Notes: generated from the sequence alone by a model not told the origin. Positions 11,925 to 22,699 are shown, counted from the stretch's first letter. The stretch: 42,430 bases of DNA from Octopus sinensis (GCF_006345805.1 NW_021835317.1:1-42430), one strand, 5' to 3'. A program made the numbers and translations.

Positions 11925-12161
11925 GTTAATCATCCATGATCTTAGAACTCTGAGATTTCAATGATGTGATCGGACATTTTTAGTATGACATTATAAGGTA
12001 GTAGCGAAAGGCCAAATTTTGATAGTTTGAACATAAAACAGGTAGAATATCTGGGCCAGGTATGGCTGGATGTGGTTTCTTGTTGCTGTTAATGTGTTTC
12101 TTCAAAAACAAATTTTTTTAATTTACCTTTTTTAATTTTTTCTCCTTTTCATTTTTTCCAG

Positions 12162-12443
12162 GCAGTGGTCACTAGTTCTATGAATGCTACAACCATCACG
12201 ACTACATCTATCACCTCTTCCTCCTCAACTTCTTCTTCTTCCTCCTCCTCCTCTTCTTTCTCCTCCTCCTCTTCCTCCACCTCTTCTACCTCCACTAAGA
12301 TAGACCCAAATAATAACTCGACCAGCTCGACAGAACAGACAGTTACAAGTAGCACTACTTCTCTGTCCGTCCCGACATCAACTGGAAAAGCAAACAACAA
12401 CAACAACATCAATAACAACACCACTGCCAACAACAACAGTAAC

Positions 12444-12486
<43 letters not shown>

Positions 12487-12742
12487 GTAACAACAACAAC
12501 AACAACACTAGCACGTCCACTAACCTCTGCACCACAACCGCTTTGGCCACTACGACATCCAGCAGCTCGAGCACAAGTCTAGAACCCAACTCGGAGATTT
12601 ACTGTAAGATCTGTGATGCGTGCTTCAACTCACCCAAGCAAGCGACGCAGCATTACCAGGGCAAGAACCATGCCAAGAAAATGCGAACGGCTGAAGCCGC
12701 TGCAAAATTAGCCGAAGCTGTTGGAACGGGAACTATAACAGA
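12162..12742 (+). CDS. Internal coding exon of a matrin/U1-type C2H2 zinc-finger RNA-binding protein (ZNF385/ZNF346/ZMAT-like): S/T/N-rich linker plus one zinc finger
   Basis: Long polypyrimidine acceptor ...ttttttccAG|GCA (phase 0) and donor GA|GTAAGT at 12743 (phase 2). Open frame encodes poly-Ser and poly-Asn, then IYCKICDACFNSPKQATQHYQGKNHAKK (C-x2-C-x12-H-x5-H, FNS..QA..HY.G..H). Confidence 0.9.
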
Positions 12743-12769
12743 GTAAGTGTTTTGCTTTTTTGTTTGTTT

Positions 12770-13150
12770 ACTCTCTCTTCAGTCATTTGACTAGAGCGAT
12801 GCTGGAGCACCGCCTTTAGTCGAGCACATCGACCCCGGGACTTATTCTTTTGTAAGCCCAGTACTTATTCTATCAGTCTCTTTTGCCGAACCGCTAAGTT
12901 ACAGGGATGTAATTACACCAGCATCGGTTATCAAGCGATGTTGGGGGGACAAACACAGACACACGCATATATATATATATACATATATACGACGGGCTTC
13001 TTTCAGTTTCCGTCTACCAAATCCACTCACAAGGCTTTGGTCGGCCCGAGGCTGTAGTAGAAGACACTTGCCCAAGGTGCCACACAGTGGGACTGAACCC
13101 GGAACCATGTGGTTGGTAAGCAAGCTACTTACCACACAGCCACTCCTGCA
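12770..13150 (-). mobile_element. SINE family A, full length, 27 nt downstream of the exon donor
   Basis: Complete reverse copy. Confidence 0.9.
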
Positions 13151-13482
13151 TAATGAGTTTGATTCTGGTACTGGGCTATGTGTTGCAATACACGCGAGTA
13201 CTGTCCAAATCTCCGACCAATCACATGCAGCTAGCTGGCATTCAATTGGCTTATCAAGTTTCGGGCATTTTGATTGGATTTTGGATAGAAAATTTACAAA
13301 CAAGTCACTTCTATTGATTTTTTAATGGCTTTGCGGGGTGACTGGGGAAATGTAAAGATGTGCACGACCACCCTTGGATGGTTTTGAATGGCCTTAGAAA
13401 GTGCGAGCCCTCTAACTGAAGAATTGTGGATTTATATAAAGGACACACACATAGACATTTTGCTGTTTATATATATAGAGAT
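13150..13482 (-). mobile_element. Non-autonomous Helitron, 3'-truncated
   Basis: Reverse complement of the first ~300 nt of 34013-34382. 5' end A|TCTCTATATATATAAAC at 13481. Confidence 0.7.
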
Positions 13483-13810
13483 TACAAATATATATTTTCA
13501 TTTTTAGAAACATTATTGGCACCCATTCCTCCATATTTGAATAGATTGGATGAACCTCTCCAACATAAGCACTGTGTCTTACTGCTTATGTGTGGTCTCT
13601 TGCTATTTATTTCTTGCATAAGGTTCAAACTCCTTAGATTAGCTTTCACCATTTCTTTCCATTTTTTCTTGGAAATATACCTGAGAAACCATGATTCAAA
13701 CAGTTCTTTCACATGATTAAAATCAAATCATTAAAATCAGTTACCAATGGTGAATTATGAGACCAAGTCATGCAATTAATTCTATTTCTGAAATCATTAT
13801 GTTTGCTAAG

Positions 13811-14165
13811 GTGCAGGCGTGGCTGTGTGGTAAGAAGCTTGCTCCCCAACCACATGGCTCTGTGTTCTGTCCCACTGCATGGCACCTTGGGCAAGTGTCT
13901 TCTATTACAGCCTTTGGCTGATGAAAGCCTCGTGTATGGATTTTGGTAGACAGAAACTGAAAATATGTGTGTCTGTGAGTGTGTGTTTTTGTCTGTTCCT
14001 CCATCACCGCTTGATAATCACTTGGTGTGAGTACGTTTATGTAACTTAGCAGAGACTGATAGAATAAGTACTAAGCTTAAAAAGTAAGTCCTGGGGTCGA
14101 TTTGTTTGACCAAAACAACCCTACAAGGCAGTGCTCCAGCATGACCACAAGTAAAGAAATAAAGG
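13811..14165 (+). mobile_element. SINE family A, diverged full length
   Basis: Head GCAGGCGTGGCTGTGTGG, colinear with the other A copies. Confidence 0.85.
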
Positions 14166-14451
14166 AAAAGAACTATTTTGCTATGAAGGAGAGAAGGTGG
14201 AAAAACAAGTCCTATTGACCTTCTCTTCTTTCTCGCAACAAAATTTATTTCAATTGGAGGACGTTGTTTGTCCTCCATATTTGTCATCACTAAGTTTCTT
14301 TTTATTCCTTCTTAAGGCTTGTTTCTTTAGAAAGCTATATGCATTTATAATTTTGAAGCTACTATACAAACTCAAATGTGAAACATTACTAGTTTTACTT
14401 TGAAAATGTTTAACCAGTGAATTCAGTTTATCATGTCATATTTCATCATTG

Positions 14452-14879
14452 GAATCTTTTCGGTTTGAACAGAAGTTTTTTCTAGCAGTGTCATATGAAA
14501 TTGTCATCCATAATTATGACCCTAGTATCGATCTATTGCATTTCAATCTGTTTTAGGGTTAGGGTTAGTTAGGGTTAGGGGTGGGGGGAGGGTATCTTTT
14601 TTTCTTCAGAAATTTTAATAAACCCAATCTGTTTCTTAAACGAGGGACATATTCATATGGCACAGAATGTTTTTTTTACCTCAATAGTGTCAGTGATTGG
14701 TTGAAATTGCAGAAATTGAAGAAAAAAAAACAACAAATATCTTACAAACTATAGAATTTTCTCAATAAAGCCAAGAGAAAAAGATGTTTTATAAACACAT
14801 TCTACCAGTATACAAAGTTAAACATTTTTTAGTTACCTAGAAATTATGTTAAAAACTGCCGTTCAAACCGAAAAGATCC
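14452..14879 (+). mobile_element. Complete MITE with ~29-bp TIRs and 8-bp TSD (Merlin-like), with internal TTAGGG repeats
   Basis: TIRs GAATCTTTTCGGTTTGAACAGAAGTTTTT / AAAAACTGCCGTTCAAACCGAAAAGATCC. Flanks CATCATTG (14444-14451) and CATTATTG (14880-14887) match at 7/8. Closely similar to 10152-10554. Confidence 0.85.
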
Positions 14880-15502
14880 CATTATTGCACTATTTTCAGC
14901 GAAATAATCGTGTTTTATAAATTATTCATGTATTTGTGGTGGTGCTCCAGCATGACCAGGCCCACAATTGTTCAAACCAATTAAACAACTATATTACAAA
15001 ATAACCAGCAATTTTGCTTTCATTTTCTAAGGGAGATAATTAATTGCAAATGAGTAGCTTCCCCTGGAGACCTCATCTTCAGCGAAAGTTTCTGCAATTT
15101 TTGTATTTCTTCTGTTGTGTCTGGCGAGAGTAATTTTCTTTTTGTGCCTCATAATTTAACACACTCACCGGTAAAATTTCCACTTATTTCTTTGTATATT
15201 GATCCTCGTCTTGTTGGGTGGGATGCTTTCGTAAAAATTTACGTTCTTACATTGAAATAACCCAACGTGTTAGAAAACAGTTTGGTGGAATTGCTGGAGT
15301 GCTCCATATAACCCCTGAGAACTTTTACAGAAGGGAATTCATACGATTATGAAAACCCCCCCCCCAAAAAAAAAAAAAATTGTGTGGCTAATTTAACTAT
15401 TGGTTTTAAAATATAACATGTTCTTCTGGCACCTTCCTCGTTTCTTTGTCACTTTGACATGTATTCATGTTTTTTCAATATTTCTCTCACCACCCCCATC
15501 CC

Positions 15503-15990
15503 ATAAGGTAGCGAGTTGGCAGAATGGTTAGCACACCGGGCCAAATGCTTAGCGGCATTTCGTCTGTCTTTACGGTTCTGAGTTCAAATTCGGCCGAGGT
15601 CGACTTTGACTTTCATCCTCTCGAATCGATAAATTAAGTACCAGTTACACACTGGAGTCGATGTAATCGACTTACTACCTTTGTCTGTCCTTATTTGTCC
15701 CCTCTATGTTTAGCCCCTTGTGGGTAATAAAGAAATAAGAAACCTAAAATTTCGGGCCATGTGCCTAGAGTAGAAAAGAATATTTCTTCCCCATACCATA
15801 AGGTGGCAAGTTAGCAGAATCGTTAGCACAACGGGACAAATGCTTAGCGGTATTACGCCTGTCTTTACGTTCTGAGTTCAAATTCCGCCTAGGTCGATTT
15901 TGTCTTTCATTCTTTCGGAGTCGATAAAATAAGTGGCTCGATGTAATTGACTGAAACTTACTGGCATTGGACCAAAATTTGAAACCAATA
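15503..15990 (+). mobile_element. Two SINE-B copies (15503-15738 full; 15798-15990 with an alternative tail)
   Basis: Heads AAGGTRGCRAGTTRGCAGAAT and B-box-like GAGTTCAAATTC. Confidence 0.85.
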
Positions 15991-16228
15991 TTTTTCTCCC
16001 CTTAAACACATTTAATGATCCCTTGGGATTTAAGCTAAAAATTCGGACTGTCCTTATTTGAAACTTTTAATTTTAAGAAAACAATTGGAGAAAGAGCGGA
16101 AATTTTAGGATTTTTTTTTTTAAATTAAAAAGAAAAATTTGTTTTCAATAATCGTATGAATTCTCGTGTGTTGAACTGGAACACACCAAATTTTTCTGGA
16201 AAAAAAAAAAAAATGAAATAATTTATAA

Positions 16229-16651
16229 GGCGCAGGAGTGGCTGTGTGGTAAGTAGCTTGCTTACGAACCACATGGTTCCGGGTTCAGTCCCACTGCGTG
16301 GTATCCTGGGCAACTGTCTTCTACTATAGCTTCGGGTCGACCAAAGTCTTGTGAGTAGATTTAGTAGACGGAAACTGAAAGAAGCCCGTCGTATATATAT
16401 ATATATATATATATATATTATGTATGTATGCGTGTGTGTGTGTGTAAGTTTGTGTGTCTGTGTTGGTCCCTCCCCAACATCGCTTGACAACCGATGCTGG
16501 TGTGTTTACGTCCCCGTAACTTAGTGGTTCAGCAAAAGAGACCGATAGAATTAGTACTAGGCTTACAAAGAATAAGTCCTAGGGTCGATTTGCTAGACTA
16601 AAGGCGGTGCTCCAGCATGGCCACAGTCAAATTACTGAAATGAGTAAAAGT
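16229..16651 (+). mobile_element. SINE family A, full length
   Basis: Complete forward copy from GGCGCAGGAGTGGC. Confidence 0.92.
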
Positions 16652-16756
16652 GTTAAGTAAGGTTAAATGGGGGTACTGAAACCCGAATTCCGCTAATAGT
16701 TTACAATGTTCTATAGATAGAGATTCATCTTATTAGATATAGTTATGCGTCTAAAT

Positions 16757-16976
16757 CAGTGGTTTTCAACCAAGGTTCCGTGGGACCTTAAGGTTCCGCC
16801 AGTACAGTCCAGGGGTTCCGCAAGGAGTTACAAAACTGCTAAAATCGCTCAGTAATTTTTAATTCTCCTGTGCAGATATGTGTGCAGAAGACTATTAAAT
16901 TATTGCACAGGGGTTCCTCGAGCCAGTGGAATGTTTCCTTGGGGTTCCGCTCCAGCGGAAAAGTTGAAAAGTACTG
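16757..16976. mobile_element. hAT (Charlie-like) MITE, 220 bp
   Basis: TIRs CAGTGGTTTTCAAC / GTTGAAAAGTACTG (12/14 match). Perfect 8-bp TSD GTCTAAAT at 16749-16756 and 16977-16984, resembling the NTCTAGAN Charlie target. Confidence 0.92.
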
Positions 16977-17003
16977 GTCTAAATGATATATCGAACTCAC
17001 AAA

Positions 17004-17516
17004 TCTATATATATAAAACTGTAGTTGTGTGAGTGTCTATCCCCTTCGATTTAGATTCCTAACTCCTCCCACATTTTGCGGTGCAGTTTAACCAAATTCG
17101 GGTATCTTATAGTCGTGATTAATATCGAGCCCGTCTGGCTATTAGCGCGCGTCTACGATGAGTCTACGATTTTAAAAATAATTTAACATCATTTTTTATT
17201 CCATTTTAATGCATAATTTTTCGTGTGTCGATGGCGGCGGAGTTTGCGTCCATGGTCACACCTGCACCTGTTTGCTTCTCCCCCCTCTTCCCTCCCTTGT
17301 GAAGCTGTGGGGAAGGGAGTGTAAGGAAATCAACGTCGTAAAGCGTTGTCAAGGAGACCAGCGTTCTTTTAGAACAACGACTTCATGGCTTGAAGACACC
17401 AAAACAGAAATGGCTAAGAAAGCCCGAATTGGCATCTATAAGGGAAGTAACTCTCTAAAAATGCTTATATAGTTATTTCCCTTACAAACCCGAGCAACGC
17501 CGGGCGATACTGCTTG
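17004..17516 (+). mobile_element. Non-autonomous Helitron ending 63 nt upstream of the second exon
   Basis: 5' end A|TCTATATATATAAA. 3' hairpin CCCGAGCAACGCCGGG (17489-17504), then CTTG|T (CTAG with one change). Inserted between A and T. Confidence 0.7.
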
Positions 17517-17579
17517 TATATTTATATATTCATTTTCTTTTGTTATTATCGGTTTTTTTTTTCCCCTATTTTTTTGCAG

Positions 17580-17824
17580 AAGTGGTAATGTGTTTATGTG
17601 TGCCCTTTGTTCAGTGCATGTGACGTCTCAGGAGCAGTTAAGCAGTCACTTGAACGGGGCCAAGCACAAAGCCAAACAACGCATGCAGGACAGGCAGAAT
17701 AGCTCCAAAGATAAAGACTCTTCGAGCTCTGCCAGTCGCAACTTTCAGGGAACAAAATGTTTTTACGGTGTAGGACGAGGAGGAGCGAATTTTCGACGTG
17801 GTTTCCGTGGTTCCGGGCCAAGAG
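17580..17824 (+). CDS. Next coding exon of the same zinc-finger gene: second matrin-type finger plus RG/RGG-rich region
   Basis: Acceptor ...tttttttgcAG|A completes GA|A (Glu) in frame with the upstream phase-2 donor. Encodes SGNVFMCALCSVHVTSQEQLSSHLNGAKHKAK...GVGRGGANFRRGFRGSGPR. Donor G|GTGAGT at 17825 (phase 1). Confidence 0.9.
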
Positions 17825-18193
17825 GTGAGTGAAACATTCTACTGAATTTTCCCTTCAATTATTTTATTTTACTGTCTTAATTTCTTTTTCGTTTTTGTCC
17901 ATATTTACGTCCGTACAGAATAATAATAAAAAAAGAAAAGATGTCCATAAAGAAAAGAAAATGAATCCCCAAAGTTATTTCCCTTGAATATTAATATTTA
18001 TCTCCCTTGCACTGATCGATTTACTTATGATTTCTATTCAGAGAAGTTTAAAACCTATCGTGAAATAATTTTTCGTTGTGATACAGAGAAGACCATAAAG
18101 TTTCAGCTTAATTTTTCCTGTGAACATGAAATATATATATATATTATATATATATATATTATATATATATGTATATTTATATATATATTATAT

Positions 18194-18225
<32 letters not shown>

Positions 18226-18226
<1 letters not shown>

Positions 18227-18754
18227 ACAATGATAAATATCAAAGTGAGTTATATACAGTAGCGGTAACACATCGTGACGTATTTTTGCCATTTCAATAT
18301 GGCGAACCCCTAAGGGTGGATGCTACTGTAGTTTTTAGCTAAAAACTACAGTAGCATCCACCCTTAGGGGTTAGCCATATTGAAATGGCAAAAATACGTC
18401 ACGATGTGTTACCGCTACTGTATATAACTCACTTTGATATTTATCATTGTTTGATTTCACTTTTTCAATATCAGCGACAGTGGACGCTGGAAATAGTATA
18501 AGTATTTGTGAAGGAAATCTAATTCTCGGCGACAACTATGATTGTCACACGCTGACGAGAGGTCAATACCTCGAAACTCGAGTCCGTGTGTATCATAAGT
18601 TGAAGACGGGAAGGATGACTTCCCTTTGCAAATACTGACAGGACACAGATAGTGTGTCTATGGCCAGCTGGAGGAGTGTGTCCTCCTGGGGCTAAAAACT
18701 ACAGTAGCATCCACCCTTAGGGGTTAGCCATATTGAAATGGCAAAAATACGTCA

Positions 18755-18758
<4 letters not shown>
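18226..18758 (+). mobile_element. Hammerhead-bearing retroelement piece (Penelope pseudo-LTR or retrozyme-like) with a 5' inversion, inserted in (TA)n
   Basis: Palindrome 18226-18451 (axis 18338/18339, one mismatch). Identical 68-nt direct repeat at 18338-18405 and 18691-18758 (period 353). Internal hammerhead. (TA)n on both sides. Confidence 0.75.
18537..18596 (+). ncRNA. Minimal type I hammerhead ribozyme (dimer-type, palindromic stem III)
   Basis: Stem I CACACG (18546-18551) / CGTGTG (18585-18590), extended by TATGAT/ATCATA. Core CTGACGA (18552-18558). Stem II GAGG-tcaata-CCTC. GAAA (18573-18576). Stem III AC-TCGA-GT. Cleavage triplet GTC (18582-18584). Confidence 0.88.
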
Positions 18759-18792
<34 letters not shown>

Positions 18793-18890
18793 TATATATA
18801 TATAATATATATGAAAATAACTATATAAAGTATATAACCATATATATATATATTTGTGTGCGTATGTATATAAATAAATGCATACATATA

Positions 18891-18947
<57 letters not shown>

Positions 18948-19292
18948 ACAATAACTATGTAAAGTAATAACTATATATGTATATATTATAAATATTTATA
19001 AAAATACTATGTAAAGTATAAACTATATATGTATATAACCATATATATAATGTGTGTGGTAGTATATAAATAAATGCATAACATAATATATATATATATA
19101 ATAGATATTATATATATATATATATATATGTATACAAATAACTAATATATATATATATATATTATACACATAAATAATATATATATATATATATATTATT
19201 ATATATATATATAAATGTATATACATATATAAAGTATATAACTATATACATATATAAGTATATAACATATACATATATAAAGTATATAACTA

Positions 19293-20490
19293 TCAGGCTG
19301 AATAAAAGGTAAGCAACGTCGTGAAATATGAAATTCTTCACAATATATTTCATCAGTGCAGAAATTTTATTCATCAAAAGAAGGAACCACTATAATCAAC
19401 ACATTTTTGCCAATGTGTTACAAGTTTGTTTATTCTGGCAACGTAAAAATCTGGAGTTCTGGAGCTGAAGAGCTCTTTGAATGCACTTTCAGCATTGGTT
19501 TGATTTTTGAACTCCTTCTCTTGCAGGAAAGCATGAAGGTGCTTGAAAAAGTGGTAGTGGGTAGGAGAAAGATCTGGGAAATAAGCTGGGTGGGGAAGAA
19601 CCCTGTAGCCAAGTTCTCGCAACTTTTGGAGCATCGTTAGTGAAATGTGTGGTGGAGCATTGTCACAAAGAACAATGGGACTTCTTCTGTTGACCAGTCT
19701 GGGACGGAGGAGTACCAGTTTTTTTTAAGAAGTTATAGTAGATGAGTCCAGCATTACACTACCAGACAGTCACCATAAGCTTCTTTTTGAAGAGCTTGGG
19801 TTAAGGGAAGGTTTTTCATGCTTCATTTTGGTCCAACCACTGTGAAAAATGCAGTTACAATATGGTCAAGAAATGGATCAGCCTGATTATGGAGAAGTAG
19901 CGAGCAAATTTCTTAACTGCGTATTTTCTGATTTTCATTCAAATCGTATGGTTCCCATTTATCAAGATTTTTTGACTTTCCGATCACATACAAATGGTTG
20001 TAGGCAGTTTTCTGGCTAACTTGAAGTTCTTTTACCAGTTCTTGCGTGGTTTTACGTGAATCTTTCTTAATGACAGTCTTTAACTGACTGTCATCAATGA
20101 CAGATGGCTGTCCACTACGCTCATGATCTTCAAGGCTCAGGCTCCACTGCAAAATTGTTTAAGCCATTTTCGAGCTGACCGCTCACTGGTCATTTCCTCA
20201 CCAAACGTTTCGTTGATATCGCAGGCAGTTTCAGCTGCTTTACGTTCCTTTTTGAAGTTGAATAGTAAAATTGCTTGATTATCGCACTTTGAGAGTTCCA
20301 TTTCAAATGATTATAACAACGGTGAAAAAAAAAAAAATCAATGTTAAATTATCGATGCATTTGGGAAAGTCTATGTCTGTATTTATAAGATAATTGCAAA
20401 AAAATGTTTTTAAAAAAATTTCAAAATACTGAAAAAATCCGGTACAAATTCTTCATGGTTCATAATGATGCTTACTTTTTACTCAACCTG

Positions 20491-20491
<1 letters not shown>
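19293..20491 (-). mobile_element. Near full-length dead mariner (DD34D-type) transposon
   Basis: TA TSDs at 19291-19292 and 20492-20493, and 21-bp TIRs TCAGGYTGARTAAAARGTAAG. Transposase from ATG 20301 reads MELSKCDNQAILLFNFKKERKAAETA, LEDHERSGQPS, WEPYDL, CDNAPPH, LPHPAYFPDLSPTHY. It has frameshifts and stops, the first catalytic-D segment is deleted and the third D is H. Confidence 0.92.
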
Positions 20492-20528
<37 letters not shown>

Positions 20529-20681
20529 CAATTGATCAACCTAATTTGAAAGTGATGTTTAATAAGCCATTGTGCGTCTTTGTTGCGTATTTGTTTGTGA
20601 TGTGCATGTGTTCATATACATATGTATGTATGTTTATGTATATGTTATATATTTAGTCATATGTATATGCTGTATTATATA

Positions 20682-20716
<35 letters not shown>

Positions 20717-20883
20717 GTATGTGTATGTGTTATATATTTAATTATTATGTATTATATATGAGATTTATAATAATTATTATCTAATATGTATATTATACGT
20801 GTGTGTGTGTAAGTATATATATAATATATATATATTATATATATATACATATAAGAGAATTAGGTGTATGTACGCCGCAATAA

Positions 20884-21070
20884 TATATATATAAAAATAC
20901 AAAATGGGACAAGAACGCAAAACATTCAAATAGATGATATAAAAAACACTGACCGGTCATTCGAAGCCTCTAATCTTCAGTCAAGAACTGGATCATCCTT
21001 GCAATTTCAGCTAGCCGAAATTGCGAGGATGTTTTGCCGTTCTTGTCCCATTTTGTATTTTTATATATAT
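20884..21070. repeat. Composite foldback element in (TA)n
   Basis: Inverted repeat 20884-20925 / 21029-21070, plus an 18-bp-arm hairpin at 20995-21030 (axis GCT|AGC, 2 mismatches). Confidence 0.7.
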
Positions 21071-21662
21071 AGATATATATATATATATTGCTTGATAGAT
21101 GAAGTGTTATATTCAAGAGGCTGGTGAGTGGCAGGCAGCGTTTCACAGAGATTTGGAGACAGATTCTGTAGGCATCATCACAGTTACCTCAAGATCTTGG
21201 GGTTTCTTCAAGGACCTGTGAAACACAGCCTGACAAAAGCCAATTTCTTGGTCTTATCACTTGATATATATGTATGTATATGTTGTATACACACACATAC
21301 GCACTTGTATGTGTGTATGTATTTCTATATTTTTTTCATCGATATGCCATTTATATGTGTAAGTATGTATATTTGTCATTACTTTGCATGTGTGTGTGTC
21401 AAACACATACACACACACACACACATACACATACACACATAATTTCATACACCTATACATATCTATGACAAATATACATATATGCTCCTATACATGACAT
21501 ATACACATATATAAATGATAAACATATATATACATATATGTTCGTGTTTGTGTGTGTGTATATATATGTATGTATGTATAAATACTTGCTCTGTGTGTAT
21601 ATGCGTGTGCACATATTGTTCATTTTACACACATTTTTTCCATGCTAGCATATGTTAAATGA

Positions 21663-21696
<34 letters not shown>

Positions 21697-22249
21697 TATA
21701 ATATATATATATAATATATAATATATATGTATATATATATAGTTAAATGAATATATACATATATATATATAGTATCAAAGCATTGTTTTATAGCTGGAAG
21801 GCCTTCCTTATCTCTATCCCTAATCTGTTTGTGAAGTGAAGGATTTTGGAGTCAACTTCTCTTCAGAACTATAATAACAAGAGGAGGTTTGTTGATAAGG
21901 CATATGCCTTAACCTTTAGCAGACTGACAGTGCCTCATGTCACCATATGAGTTTTCTCCCCTGTAATAACAGGGCAGTGGCAGACTAAACAATTCTAGAG
22001 AAAATGTAATGTGCAGTGACACAGCTGTTGCTGAATGCATTTGTGTGATGATGTGGCATGTATGCATTTGCAGAGACATGTACACACATGCAAACAAACA
22101 CAGAGTCATCCAGTGCTGCACTTTGGTGAATTCTTGTGACATTTGCCTATCAGCATCTCATCCACCTAACACCGATAAAATTGGCATCTTGTTATAAAAA
22201 TCAGTGTGTAAGCAATATATAATCATCTCATCTAAGGTGGCATGGAAAT

Positions 22250-22388
22250 ATATATACACACATATGTACATACATGCATGCATGCATGCATATATATATA
22301 TATATACTTTATTTAAAGCATATTACTCTACCTCTGGTATTTGAGTACTCTTTTTTCCACCTTGTTTCACATTTATCTGTATACTCCG

Positions 22389-22447
<59 letters not shown>

Positions 22448-22482
22448 ATGTATATATATGTATATGTATATATATATATGTG

Positions 22483-22539
<57 letters not shown>

Positions 22540-22666
22540 TGTATATATATATATGTAATATATAATGTATATATATTTTATATATCTATATGTATATATA
22601 TATATATATACATATATCATATATATTGTATATATATATAATACATATATATATATATAATATAAG

Positions 22667-22699
<33 letters not shown>

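Noticed and set aside
12149-12589. Minus-strand poly-Leu/poly-Glu ORF
   Set aside because: It is the antisense shadow of the real low-complexity exon.
14550-14590. Interstitial telomere or chromosome fusion scar
   Set aside because: The TTAGGG units are internal to a repeated MITE bounded by TIRs and a TSD.
18447-18638. 63-aa ORF overlapping the ribozyme
   Set aside because: It starts at TTG, has no recognisable motif, and the RNA structure explains the sequence better.
21099-21123. 25-nt micro-exon ending at a consensus GTGAGT donor
   Set aside because: The acceptor lacks a pyrimidine tract and the length breaks phase with the candidate last exon.
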